Below are positions 49,408 to 63,308 of a DNA stretch of 64,000 bases, piece after piece. The stretch is from an uncultured Nitrososphaerota archaeon. Lineage in GTDB: Archaea > Thermoproteota > Methanomethylicia > Methanomethylicales > Methanomethylicaceae. Position numbers and translations under genes: made by a program. The notes under the pieces are model-generated. The model made no database searches. It worked only from the letters and a program-made list of their open reading frames with translations, and was not told the DNA's origin. Location: positions 5,652 to 69,651 of the forward strand of contig CAZWMA010000002.1 of assembly GCA_964634735.1 (NCBI GenBank). Reading direction: 5' to 3'. Within the stretch, counting starts at the first letter, position 1. The number at the start of each line of letters is the position of its first letter.

Positions 49408-51870
49408 TTACTGCCATGCCGAGACATTTTTCCCATCGCTTTGCTTCCAATATGGAGCCCATGCGAGCGCAACTAACCTTACGGATATCCCGGTCTTCTG
49501 CGGCCTTATTGTAATTGTGTCGAGCGCTTCAGTCAGCGGATTAATCGTCGCCTCTTGTGCCTCTAACTCCTTCTTGAATTCATCTTCGAGCGCTACTTTT
49601 TGGGCTTGAAGAGCCCTTAGGTCATGCTCAGCCTCGGCCTTGTCCGAGGACTCTTTCATGGTTCGACCAAGGTCCCTTGCAGTGCGTGTAACGCCTGTTG
49701 TGGCTTTTCGACCAAGGAAAGACCCGAGAATGGTGGACCCGACGGAGACAGCGGTTTGGAATTGAGTTGCCTTCTTTTGGGCGCTCTGCTGTTCTACAGT
49801 GTTCTGGGCACGTTTTATCTTCTCTTCTATCTTAGAGAGCTGAGTGGCATACTTCTTCCGCAACTTGTCGGATTCATCGTCCCTTTTTTCCTTCGCGAAT
49901 TGCTGCATCCTCGCCCTGAAGTCGCGCTCCAGCTCCCCTGCATGGGAGGTCTCTCCGAATGTCCGGCTTTTTAGGAGATCTATCTTCGAATTCTGATGGA
50001 GCCAAGTTGTCAAATCCTTCTGCCAAAGGGCATAGCTCTTAACGCTTGATGCGGCTGAGGGCAGGTCGGAGAATTTTGCGCCTGATTTTGGCGACGCCTG
50101 AAGGTCACTTGTGTTCATTTGCGATTCCTTGGAGTTGTTCCAGCTTACCGGAATAGGGTTACTAGTCATAGGCGCGATATAGGTCACTTCTTTAGAAAAG
50201 TCGACCCGGGTCTTGGTGTCGGAAAACCTTATGCTGGCAACGCCCAAGGCAGATGGCGCGTAAATCAATGATGAGGAGAGATCGGTTGTCCCCACGGTTG
50301 CAGGTATAAAATATTGGAGTATTTCAGGTGGAAGCATTGGCTTTTGACCAGACGCTGAAGCTGGCGCTAGAGGCGCTGTTGCGGTGGGAGTTTGTGTAGA
50401 GATTACGGCGGCGTCTGTTGTGCCCATAGTAACCGGTGCGGTCTGGCTCTGCGTCTTCTTTAAGGGCATCATCAAAGTCTTGATTTGATTTCTCGTAAGC
50501 GGTCCCGGTAGGTAGGACATTGCCCACCGCGTCTCAAATACAACCGGAGCGGTTTCATGGACATTGTGCATCAAGAAGATGCGCTTGCCCAACGCGCTGA
50601 GGGTCTGATCAAGGTATTTCGTGTCTGCGAGGCTGTCGGATCCAGCAGATATGACCTGCAGCGCCTCGAGGATTCGGAGCTTATCCCTCTCGGTTTGGAG
50701 GCGCCCGATAAACCAAGTTCCAGCGTTCGAAAGCGCCTTGTAATCAAGGTCAACCGGGTTCTGGGTCGCTAGAACAATGCCTATCCCGAATGCCCTAGCC
50801 TGCTTTAGAAGGGTCAGCATGGGCAGTTTCGAAGCAGGGTTCTTGGTGGGGGGGAGGTAACCGAATACTTCATCCATGTATACGATTGCCCTAAGACTGG
50901 TTGTTCCTGACTGCATGCGCATCCACCCAACGACTTGGTTCAGCAGCATCGAGACAAAGAACATGCGTTCAGCATCACTCAGGTGAGCTATGTAGAATAT
51001 TGAGACCTTGGTCTTGCCTTCCTTAGTATGCAGGAACCCGCCAATGTCCATTGGGTCGCCATTCAGCCACAGGTCAAAGCCAGGAGCTGCGAGAAGATTG
51101 TTCAACTGCATCGCCAGTTCAAAACGCTCTTTCTTAGGGTAGAACGCCTCAATCTCAAGCATGCCTATTCGCTGGACCGGGGGCGATTGTATTAGCTGGA
51201 TGAGGGCTCCAATATCAAGGTCTTGACCTTTCTTCCAAGACGTCATGATGATATTTGACAGGAGTATGTGCTCCCTTGAGCGTATTGGGTCGGCGTCTAT
51301 TCCAAGAAGGCCCAACAGGCTTGTAACTGTTGTGTTTATCCGCTCCTGAACCAGTTCAGGGTCTTCCATAAGCTCGGAAGGGGGGGCTGCGAACGATTTC
51401 ATTATGGAGACAGGTGCGCCAGCACTGCTGCCAGGAGTATATATCATGAACTCGACATTATCCCGGAGCTTTTGTATCCGTTCTTTTCCAATTCCCCAAG
51501 AGGAGAGTCCGCTTGTCCATGATGCGGATTGTTTAACAGCGTAGTCATCCAAAGACATACCTTTCTTGGCGGCGTCCTCCTCATTCACCCAAGGCTTGAA
51601 ATCTGAAGGCAAAAGGTTGGGAAATGTCAGGAGCATGTTTGTCATGTCGCCCTTTGGGTCGATAATAATGGAGGGGATATTGTCAAGAGCGGCTTCTTCG
51701 AGGAGGCCGATGCAGAGACCAGTCTTCCCACTTCCGGTCATACCAATGCATACAGCGTGGGTAACGAGATCCTTGGAATCGTAGAGAATCAGCTCTTCGC
51801 CTGGTTTGCTGTTTTGGAGGTCGTACTTCCTTCCAATGTAGAAAACGCCAAGTTTCTCAAAGTCTTGCAT
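49408..51870 (-). CDS. DUF853/YjgR-like HerA-FtsK superfamily NTPase with a long disordered and coiled-coil C-terminal extension
   Basis: Walker A GMTGSGKTG, IIDPKGD, Walker B IVYMDEVF, and ATQNPVDLDYKALSNAGTWFIGRLQTERD. This last motif resembles the ATQNP..LGQLG..RD motif of the YjgR/DUF853 family. The C-terminal ~350 aa are S/T/P-rich followed by K/E-rich coiled coil. Confidence 0.6.
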   Translation of the reverse strand: MQDFEKLGVFYIGRKYDLQNSKPGEELILYDSKDLVTHAVCIGMTGSGKTGLCIGLLEEAALDNIPSIIIDPKGDMTNMLLTFPNLLPSDFKPWVNEEDAAKKGMSLDDYAVKQSASWTSGLSSWGIGKERIQKLRDNVEFMIYTPGSSAGAPVSIMKSFAAPPSELMEDPELVQERINTTVTSLLGLLGIDADPIRSREHILLSNIIMTSWKKGQDLDIGALIQLIQSPPVQRIGMLEIEAFYPKKERFELAMQLNNLLAAPGFDLWLNGDPMDIGGFLHTKEGKTKVSIFYIAHLSDAERMFFVSMLLNQVVGWMRMQSGTTSLRAIVYMDEVFGYLPPTKNPASKLPMLTLLKQARAFGIGIVLATQNPVDLDYKALSNAGTWFIGRLQTERDKLRILEALQVISAGSDSLADTKYLDQTLSALGKRIFLMHNVHETAPVVFETRWAMSYLPGPLTRNQIKTLMMPLKKTQSQTAPVTMGTTDAAVISTQTPTATAPLAPASASGQKPMLPPEILQYFIPATVGTTDLSSSLIYAPSALGVASIRFSDTKTRVDFSKEVTYIAPMTSNPIPVSWNNSKESQMNTSDLQASPKSGAKFSDLPSAASSVKSYALWQKDLTTWLHQNSKIDLLKSRTFGETSHAGELERDFRARMQQFAKEKRDDESDKLRKKYATQLSKIEEKIKRAQNTVEQQSAQKKATQFQTAVSVGSTILGSFLGRKATTGVTRTARDLGRTMKESSDKAEAEHDLRALQAQKVALEDEFKKELEAQEATINPLTEALDTITIRPQKTGISVRLVALAWAPYWKQSDGKNVSAWQ

Positions 51871-51984
51871 GGGGACTCACCAGATCGCAATTTTCAGCAT
51901 TAACGATAACGAGTATAGAGGTCACTTCAAAAAAACATTATCGCTATTAACCGCGTATGGACTCTTAATTTTGTATAAGGGGAA

Positions 51985-52059
51985 TGGTGGACTGGGTGGG
52001 ATTTGAACCCACGGCCCCCTGCGTGCGAGGCAGGTGATCTGCCGCTAATCTACCAGCCC
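51985..52059 (-). tRNA. tRNA-Ala(CGC), CCA encoded
   Basis: G3:U70 identity pair, anticodon loop CTCGCAC, T-arm GTGGG-TTCAAAT-CCCAC. Confidence 0.8.
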
Positions 52060-52262
52060 TTACACCGAGCAATACCCACGACAAATTAAAAGTTTATTGT
52101 TTGTTTGCAAAGCATTAGTGCGAGGAGGCTGATTGGATGCTCATAAAGACGTTGAAAGCTTGCGTATCGTGTTATTTAGAAGGTAAAAAAGAGAGGCGAC
52201 AGCAAAAATGAATATATTTGGGCAAAAAGGATAAATCGAGAGAGCAAAATCTACGCATATAA

Positions 52263-52337
52263 GGGCTCGTAGCTCAGCTTGGTATGAGCACTCGACTGAT
52301 AATCGAGTGGTCGAGGGTTCGAATCCCTCCGGGCCCA
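52263..52337 (+). tRNA. tRNA-Ile(GAT)
   Basis: GGGCTCG..., D-arm GCTC-AGCTTGGTAT-GAGC, anticodon loop CTGATAA, T-arm GAGGG-TTCGAAT-CCCTC. Confidence 0.85.
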
Positions 52338-52355
52338 CTCAGTTCTCGTTCAGTT

Positions 52356-52697
52356 TTACCGCTTGATCTCAATCATCTTCAGCTTGAAGATGAGTGTCTT
52401 GCCGGCTAGCGGATGGCTTCCTTTGACGCCATATGCCTTCGCTGGCGGGATGGAGACTTCTTTCTCCTCATTTACTTTCATTCCTATAAGCGCCTCTTCA
52501 AAGCCCGGTATGACTTGACCTGCACCAACCTTGACCTGAAGCGGTTTGTAGTCCCTTGAAGGGTTGTAGAGCCCGGCTTTTTGGGCTTCTTTTATCATAG
52601 AGGTGTCGAAGACCTTACCACCGGGGAATTTACCAAGATAATGGACCCGTACAGTATCGCCTTTTTGAGCTGACAAGACTTGAGACATCTTTTTCAC
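52356..52697 (-). CDS. FKBP-type peptidyl-prolyl cis-trans isomerase
   Basis: VHYLGKFPGGKVFDTS...PGFEEALIGMKVNE motifs. Confidence 0.8.
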   Translation of the reverse strand: MKKMSQVLSAQKGDTVRVHYLGKFPGGKVFDTSMIKEAQKAGLYNPSRDYKPLQVKVGAGQVIPGFEEALIGMKVNEEKEVSIPPAKAYGVKGSHPLAGKTLIFKLKMIEIKR

Positions 52698-53212
52698 CTA
52701 TAAGCTGTATTTTCAATACTAAATTCACTATCTAGTAAAGGCGTATATTATTTTGCTAACCTGTGAGTGTTACTTAGATGTGTTTTGCCTTAACTTTGAA
52801 AAAGGAACGCTAAGGACTCCTTAATCTTCAGATAAAAGTTACACCGTTGTAAGCAATTCTTTGAACATTCGATACCCGTCAATTTATTGAGCTGTATAAA
52901 ACAAACAGTCAAAAAAAATCACTGTTATAGTAAAAGTTCAAGGCGCAACACATATATTGAAGTCTCATAAGTAAGGGAGGTGCACGAACTGTAGACAAGT
53001 GCTAACGACAGCCGCGACCTATCGGCGGCGCTGATCGTGACCTTACGGGCCCTAGCCCGAGGGGTGATCGATCGCTCTCCGGTCGCGGTTATAATCATGG
53101 GGACCTGAAAAACGCCGGGGCAAACGCCCTCGGGTCGGATTTAGGTCTTACATTGGACTCGATATCCAACCACGAAATGTGGTTGGGGTTATAACGGGCC
53201 TTGCGGACGTTA

Positions 53213-54709
<1,497 letters not shown>

Positions 54710-54902
54710 ATGTTTGACCCGCTGAACCCCAACCACACGTGAAGGAATGGATATCGAGTCCAATTCATGAGAAGTGATGCAACTGTGGAGGAAACTCCTC
54801 AGTGAAGGGCGTAGCAGGTGGGCCTGACCGGGCCCTACTTGCGATTAGCGCCATGCATAGGTTTCAGTGTTTCTGACACCAGACTAGGTTTAGTAGAAAC
54901 CG

Positions 54903-57927
<3,025 letters not shown>

Positions 57928-58123
57928 CCTACTAGACCTGGGTGATATCAGAAAACTGAAACCGTGCATGGCTTGCTTTCATTTCTAAGAACTGCAACTT
58001 TTGGATGTAATATACAGTTTTTATGGAAGCAATTCGTGTTAATCAAACCGTTGCTTAGCGGACGCTAGGCAAAATAGCCCGGTCAACATAATAATCATAC
58101 GGAATCAAGCGGATGGATCCAAA

Positions 58124-58651
58124 TTGCCGTTCACGCCATACCATCTTGGACCAGCACTTGCGGTCGGGTTAATCCTAAGGAGGTGGCTGCACGCTCCAAC
58201 TCTAATAGTAGCGAGCGTTGCGCTAGACGTAGAGCCACTACTGGTAATTGTATTGGGGCTCGGAACCAGCCTCCACGGGATCGCCCACACGTTTCTTGCG
58301 GCCATCGTTGTTGGCACAGCTTGCGGACTTATGATGCGCCTACTGCAGAGCAGGCTCTCAGCAGTGTTCCGGGCATTGAGTCTGGAAACCGAAGGGAGGC
58401 TGCCAAACGGGAGCAAACCGGGCATTGAGGCGTTTGTGGCAGCGGGCGTGATGGGCAGTATGCTTCACGTTCTCCTTGATGCTCCAATCTATGAAGACAT
58501 ACAGCCGTTCTTCCCTCTCGTATCCAATCCGCTTTATTTGCCCGCTAGCGCCAACATGATGTACAGCGTCTGCTTGTGGCTGGGGTTGGCAGGTCTAATC
58601 ATCTACGGAACAATATTAATCTCGAAATTACGGAGCGGCAACCGGCTATAG
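58124..58651 (+). CDS. integral membrane protein, hypothetical
   Basis: Five or six hydrophobic segments immediately downstream of the 23S. Confidence 0.35.
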   Translation: MPFTPYHLGPALAVGLILRRWLHAPTLIVASVALDVEPLLVIVLGLGTSLHGIAHTFLAAIVVGTACGLMMRLLQSRLSAVFRALSLETEGRLPNGSKPGIEAFVAAGVMGSMLHVLLDAPIYEDIQPFFPLVSNPLYLPASANMMYSVCLWLGLAGLIIYGTILISKLRSGNRL

Positions 58652-58654
58652 AAA

Positions 58655-59030
58655 ATACGCAGGGCGTTCGACGAGCACATTTATCTCTGAGCTATGCGGG
58701 AGGTTACTGGGCGAGTTGGTGAGCGGCTCACGGGCCTCTGGCGAAAGCCTCAGGTCTGAGGAAACTCCATCCTCCATGTAGGACCGCGATGCCATGAGGC
58801 ATAGGGGGAGACCTCTGCTCTTGGATCAGAAACGGGACGCCCGCCGGCGGATGTCAATGGCGCGAGGGCAACTCGCAGAGGATGCTGGCGGTAACGATGA
58901 AACGGCCAAACCGCGGGGAGAAAGGGCGAATAGGAGCTGATGACGCCTACAGCAGGCTCGGGTAGCCCGCATAGTCAAATGCTGCTTAAAACAGAAGGTG
59001 GGTTACGGCCAACACGCCCATTATTTTAAG
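58655..59030 (+). ncRNA. rnpB: RNase P RNA (candidate, archaeal type A-like)
   Basis: GAGGAAACTCCATCCTCCATGTAGG resembles the P4 region GAGGAAAGUCCGGGCUCCAUAGGG. The 3' ACAGAAGGTGGGTTAC resembles ACAGAACCCGGCUUA. GGGCGAATAGG resembles GGCCAAAUAGG. The 5' AACUCCAUC can pair with the 3' GGUGGGUU as an 8-bp P4 with a bulged U, including a compensatory G-C to C-G swap. Confidence 0.6.
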
Positions 59031-59068
59031 CAACACACCTGCTTGCCCTCACCCTTACGCTTAAGATA

Positions 59069-59528
59069 TCATAATCGTTCATTTATTTCTGAAAGCGGTC
59101 TTTGATGAAGACGCAGTATATTTTCCGCTTCTAGGTATCTCTTTATTGGTAGTTCATCTTCTTCAGGCGTCAATATTGCCTGAATCCGTGGATGTTTACC
59201 CTTGAGCAACTTTATTGCGTCTTCTTCCGTTGTAACCAATACAAGCCTACATTTTTCACGCGCCCACTCGTTTTTCCCGCAGTCTTTCACCACTTTACCT
59301 TTTTTCGCCATATTGTGGATTACCTTCACTACCCAAGCTGAAACTCCGAATTGCCCACGCCAATCTATAATTTGTCAACTTCAACGCTTCTTCACAGGCT
59401 GGGCATTTCACAATACTATTTTTGTCCATTCCAATACCCTCCTTCTCAACTCTTTCTTTCTGCAAGAGAGCAATCATTTTCATTTCATTAAGTATATTAT
59501 CACTGATGATAGTTCTAGGACGGCTCAT
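59069..59528 (-). CDS. hypothetical zinc-ribbon protein, apparently split by a frameshift
   Basis: ORFs 59295-59528 (CPACEEALKL) and 59069-59329 (CGKNEWAREKC) overlap in different frames and read as one protein. Confidence 0.3.
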
Positions 59529-59583
59529 TTAAAATTTTTAATAGAATTAACGTTCTTGACCACCCTTGAAGGATCAGTTTGGC

Positions 59584-60105
59584 TTATTTCGAGGTTTTTC
59601 GCATGGTGTAACAATACCCAAAAAAGAAGCCGGCGATTATGAGTAGGCGAACAGCCAAATTTATTGCCATTATAGTGGACGTCATCTGGTACTCGACAAA
59701 CCCCATCTTGACTATCCAAGAGAACCGGTCCTCAGGCCCCAGCCCGAATAGCCACCCCCACCATTCAATCAAGCTTCCGTCATAGTCTTTGAATACATAT
59801 TTAGCATAAAACGGGTAAGCGAAGTCATTTGCCAGGCTTGTTATCCTCCCGAGAACGTAGACGATGACTATCGAGAGCGGCCCACGGAAGAGTACAAGGG
59901 AAAGGAAAGGCATAATGTAGAAGAATTCAAGCCATATATGGTATGCCGGAGGAACGTCAGCATTTATCAGGGCAGTTGAAAAGACATAATATTCGATGTA
60001 GTTTACGAAGACGGCGCCGTATATAATGGCAAAAACCAACAGTGCAATGAGCTCTCTTCCGCTCACTGGCGCGAAGATATCTTTTAAGCTAAAGCGCATG
60101 CCCAT
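59584..60105 (-). CDS. integral membrane protein, hypothetical
   Basis: About five TM segments. Confidence 0.4.
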   Translation of the reverse strand: MGMRFSLKDIFAPVSGRELIALLVFAIIYGAVFVNYIEYYVFSTALINADVPPAYHIWLEFFYIMPFLSLVLFRGPLSIVIVYVLGRITSLANDFAYPFYAKYVFKDYDGSLIEWWGWLFGLGPEDRFSWIVKMGFVEYQMTSTIMAINLAVRLLIIAGFFFGYCYTMRKTSK

Positions 60106-60215
60106 TTTTACCTACTTTTCGCAGCTTTGGAGCCCAGAAGGACTTTATGGCTCCATGTAGCTAAAACCGGGCTTTGTGCCCTAAAAAATTTATTGTTACT
60201 GGAAACGAGGTGCGC

Positions 60216-60521
60216 TCAGTAGATTTTGCCGTTAATCTTGGCATCAGACTCTATAATGATTATCCCGGCATCCTTGTAGATTGAGCCATTCACAGCGCCT
60301 TTTATGCGGACTTCGCCGCCTTTGTTGTAGATGTTACCATTCACTGTACCGAAGAGCTCGGCTTTAGACCCCTTCTCAAGGACGAGATCCTGCGAGATGA
60401 CGCCGTTTAAAACCAACAGCCCTTTATCGGTAACTATTGCGCTACCACCGACGGTTCCATTTAAGGTTATTTCTTCGGATACTTTAAAGTCGCCGTTCAT
60501 CTTGCGATTTTCGATTTTCAT
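60216..60521 (-). CDS. bactofilin-like (polymer-forming cytoskeletal, beta-helical repeat) protein
   Basis: About 101 aa of repeated G-x-V/I-x-G-x-V/I-N-G motifs (LNGTVGGSAIV, LNGVISQDLVL, LFGTVNGNIY, IKGAVNGSIY, INGKIY). Confidence 0.5.
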   Translation of the reverse strand: MKIENRKMNGDFKVSEEITLNGTVGGSAIVTDKGLLVLNGVISQDLVLEKGSKAELFGTVNGNIYNKGGEVRIKGAVNGSIYKDAGIIIIESDAKINGKIY

Positions 60522-61154
60522 GCTTAAATTCCTCTTTTGGAGCGTGAATTAAGAACTGCCTCGATTAATGCCCCTCCAAATCGGTTGTTGGAAGGCAACA
60601 CCGGTTTGAAGCTATAGCATATAATATGTGCAGGCATTTATGAACGCTTCGCATTTCCGCCTAACGGCATAAGATTATAATTTCCTTGCGCAAATTACCC
60701 TATTTCTCGTAACTGTATCTAGAATCTATCATAGAAATTCACCGGCGTTTTGCCCAAGCAGAAGCATAAGCATGAAGGCCGTTATTGGTGTGCGTGATTA
60801 CTTGATATAGCACCCGTCGCCTTGATTTTCCCTTATCATGGTTGGATATGTTTGACGACCGTCTCAAGATATTGTATGCGAATCTGTGCATGCTTCGCCC
60901 ACATCATAAACAAGCCCGGAGGGGACATCGTTTTCAAGGATGGGGCTTTGCCATCTTCGTTCAAGTTCTTGGCAACGCGTATTCCTCGATATCCCTCCTT
61001 AAGGAGGAGGCATTCTCGCATTGTGGATGATTTGATGCAAAGCGTTGCCCCAATATCCATTCCAGCTTGCAGATTGTTGTGCTGACTGTTAGAAACACAT
61101 CAACTAATCTGTGTTAGGAACGCTTTAATTGGAGTTCTTCCGGGCATTAAAGTA

Positions 61155-61661
61155 TCATATGCCGTATAGTTGCCGGTACTCCTCTGAGATCTTCCTTACA
61201 TTAGCCTCGTCTTTTGACTGGCAATATAATGAGAGCGGTTCTTTATTCAAGGAGAGGAATGTGCCCCCCCACTTTACCTTCGAAAGCAGCTCGAGAGCGC
61301 TATCCTCAAATCCACATATCAATAGGGCGGCGGATATCGCTTCCAAGGTGCTCAATTTGAACGGCACGGCATAGTTCGTCGGGTTGGATGCGAGCAGAAA
61401 AGGCAAAAGTCGAGGCTTTAAGCGAGCAGAGAGACCTTCATGGGCTATCCGATTCCATGAGCAGTCAACGGCAGATATGCCAGCGACAGCAATGTCGTTA
61501 CGATCATTAGGAGAGAGCACTCTTTCGCTGAAGGGGTATAGAAGTATGGAGCCGTGGGGGAGGGCGGAGAGTCTGTAGACGATTTTTGCGAGCCCTAAAT
61601 GCCCCATTTTTGTAGCGGTGCACTTCTTCGGGTCGCACTCCTTTTTGTTGTATATGAACAC
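61155..61661 (-). CDS. tsr3: Tsr3-family 16S/18S rRNA aminocarboxypropyltransferase
   Basis: N-terminal CDPKKCT motif and the length of Tsr3/DUF367. Confidence 0.7.
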   Translation of the reverse strand: MFIYNKKECDPKKCTATKMGHLGLAKIVYRLSALPHGSILLYPFSERVLSPNDRNDIAVAGISAVDCSWNRIAHEGLSARLKPRLLPFLLASNPTNYAVPFKLSTLEAISAALLICGFEDSALELLSKVKWGGTFLSLNKEPLSLYCQSKDEANVRKISEEYRQLYGI

Positions 61662-61736
61662 GCCGGGCTTTACGTTATGAGTCGTTTTAGACCCTCAAAG
61701 AAAATCTACTTAAGTGGCATATATTATTGATTCCAA

Positions 61737-61982
61737 TTGGGGAGCATTATGACGGTAGCTTTCATTCTGATAAACACGACGGCAGGCGCTGAAGAGAAGG
61801 TAGTCGAGAGGCTCCGCAAGATGGAAGGCGTAGACGAGGTCCACACGGTATATGGAACATACGATATAGTCGCCAAGATTCAAATTGAAAGCGCAACAGA
61901 CAAGCTGAAACAAGATGTTACTTGGCACATCAGAAGAATGAACGAAGTCCAATCAACAACAACGCTGGTTGTTGCAGATTAG
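61737..61982 (+). CDS. Lrp/AsnC ligand-binding (RAM) domain-only protein
   Basis: 81 aa (VYGTYDIVAKIQ...), similar to the paralog at 28702. Confidence 0.5.
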   Translation: MGSIMTVAFILINTTAGAEEKVVERLRKMEGVDEVHTVYGTYDIVAKIQIESATDKLKQDVTWHIRRMNEVQSTTTLVVAD

Positions 61983-62000
61983 TTAGAAACGGTACGATCT

Positions 62001-63308
62001 ATGCCAATCTTCCATTTAGGGCTTGATGATACCGATTCGCTAAAAATGGGATGCACGACGTACATAGCAGCCCTTTTAATCGACAAACTCCAGAATGGGT
62101 CGACCTTTGTTGACTATCCAAATCTGATTAGGCTGAACCCCAATATCCCTTGGAAATCAAGAGGCAATGCTGCAATATGCCTTAGGTTTGAGTCGGATTG
62201 TGAAGCAGAAGAGTTGCTTGAGATTGCGGAGGAGTTTGTTGAAGAATACAGAGACCGCGGTGATCCGAAGAATCAGCCCGGAATCGCCATATGCCAATCA
62301 GAGACGGTGCCGGCAAAAGTAAAAGAATTCGGCAAGGAGGCACTGAGCGGAGTCCTATCCATTGATGATGCCAAAAAAGTTGCAGAGTCCTACGAAATAA
62401 AGTATCGCACGATAAGGGGCGGGAGGGGCATCGTAGGCGCACTGGCAGCTATTGGAAATACCCTTGAGGAGGATCACACTTACGAGCTTGCGGTCTACCG
62501 CGGTAAAGATTTTTGGGGGAAGAAACGCCGGGTTGATTTTGCAAGCGTGGAAAGGTTCGACAGGATGGCGGGAGACAAAACTTTCAACAATATTGATACG
62601 GAAGGCAAGAGGTTGCTAATCACGCCGCATGGTCCAGACCCCGTTTTGTTTGGCGTTAGAGGGGAAGAGCCACAAACCCTGCTGAAGGCGTTGGAGACGG
62701 TAAAATTTGAGGGGGGCGAAAGGTGGGTAATGTACCGCTCGAACCAAGGTACAGACGCGCACCTATCCAACAAAGTAAGGATTTGCAACCTAAAACCGCA
62801 TATGGCTGCCGTTATTGAAGGTGACGTGTCCAAAGAGCCGACCGCAATTAAGGGCGGTCACGTAATATCAAGACTTAGTGACGGATCTGGCGAGGTGGAT
62901 ATCGCGGCATATGAGCCGTCTTCCAGCTTCAGGATGGCGCTTGCAAGACTAGCGGTAGGCGATACGGTGCGCGCATATGGCGGCGTCAAGCTGCATCGTG
63001 ATGAGGAGCTAACGATTAATTTGGAGAGGCTAGAGGTCCTAAGTTTGGCGAAGGTGAAGGGGAGAAACCCAGAATGCCCGGATTGCGGGAAAAGAATGAA
63101 GTCTGAAGGCAAAGAGAAAGGATACCAGTGCAAGCGCTGTGGAAAAAAGGCGCATGTGCCAGTGCCGGGAGCGAGAAGGGAAATTAGTGTAGGCAATTAC
63201 CTTCCGCCGCCCAAGGCAATGCGGCACCTCACTAAACCACCAAAACGTTACGGGCAAGAAAAAGCAAGGTGGTCAGGCAATATCGGCAGGTATTATGGTG
63301 TTTTCTGA
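62001..63308 (+). CDS. tiaS: tRNA(Ile2) 2-agmatinylcytidine synthetase TiaS
   Basis: N-terminal LGLDDTDS motif, the length, and a C-terminal zinc ribbon CPDCG...CKRCG. Confidence 0.75.
   Translation: MPIFHLGLDDTDSLKMGCTTYIAALLIDKLQNGSTFVDYPNLIRLNPNIPWKSRGNAAICLRFESDCEAEELLEIAEEFVEEYRDRGDPKNQPGIAICQSETVPAKVKEFGKEALSGVLSIDDAKKVAESYEIKYRTIRGGRGIVGALAAIGNTLEEDHTYELAVYRGKDFWGKKRRVDFASVERFDRMAGDKTFNNIDTEGKRLLITPHGPDPVLFGVRGEEPQTLLKALETVKFEGGERWVMYRSNQGTDAHLSNKVRICNLKPHMAAVIEGDVSKEPTAIKGGHVISRLSDGSGEVDIAAYEPSSSFRMALARLAVGDTVRAYGGVKLHRDEELTINLERLEVLSLAKVKGRNPECPDCGKRMKSEGKEKGYQCKRCGKKAHVPVPGARREISVGNYLPPPKAMRHLTKPPKRYGQEKARWSGNIGRYYGVF

Noticed and set aside
54710-54902. Possible tRNA-Ala in the 16S-23S spacer
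   Set aside because: I read the 190-nt spacer looking for a cloverleaf, a GGGCC acceptor or a TTCGAAT T-loop and found none. This is consistent with TACK-type operons.
58692-58974. Perfect 9-bp complement ctatgcggg / cccgcatag as the terminal P1 helix of the RNase P RNA candidate
   Set aside because: The 3' partner lies upstream of the P4 3' strand (ACAGAAGG...). It cannot be P1 and is more likely P2. P1 was instead placed further out (about 58655 / about 59020) with lower confidence.
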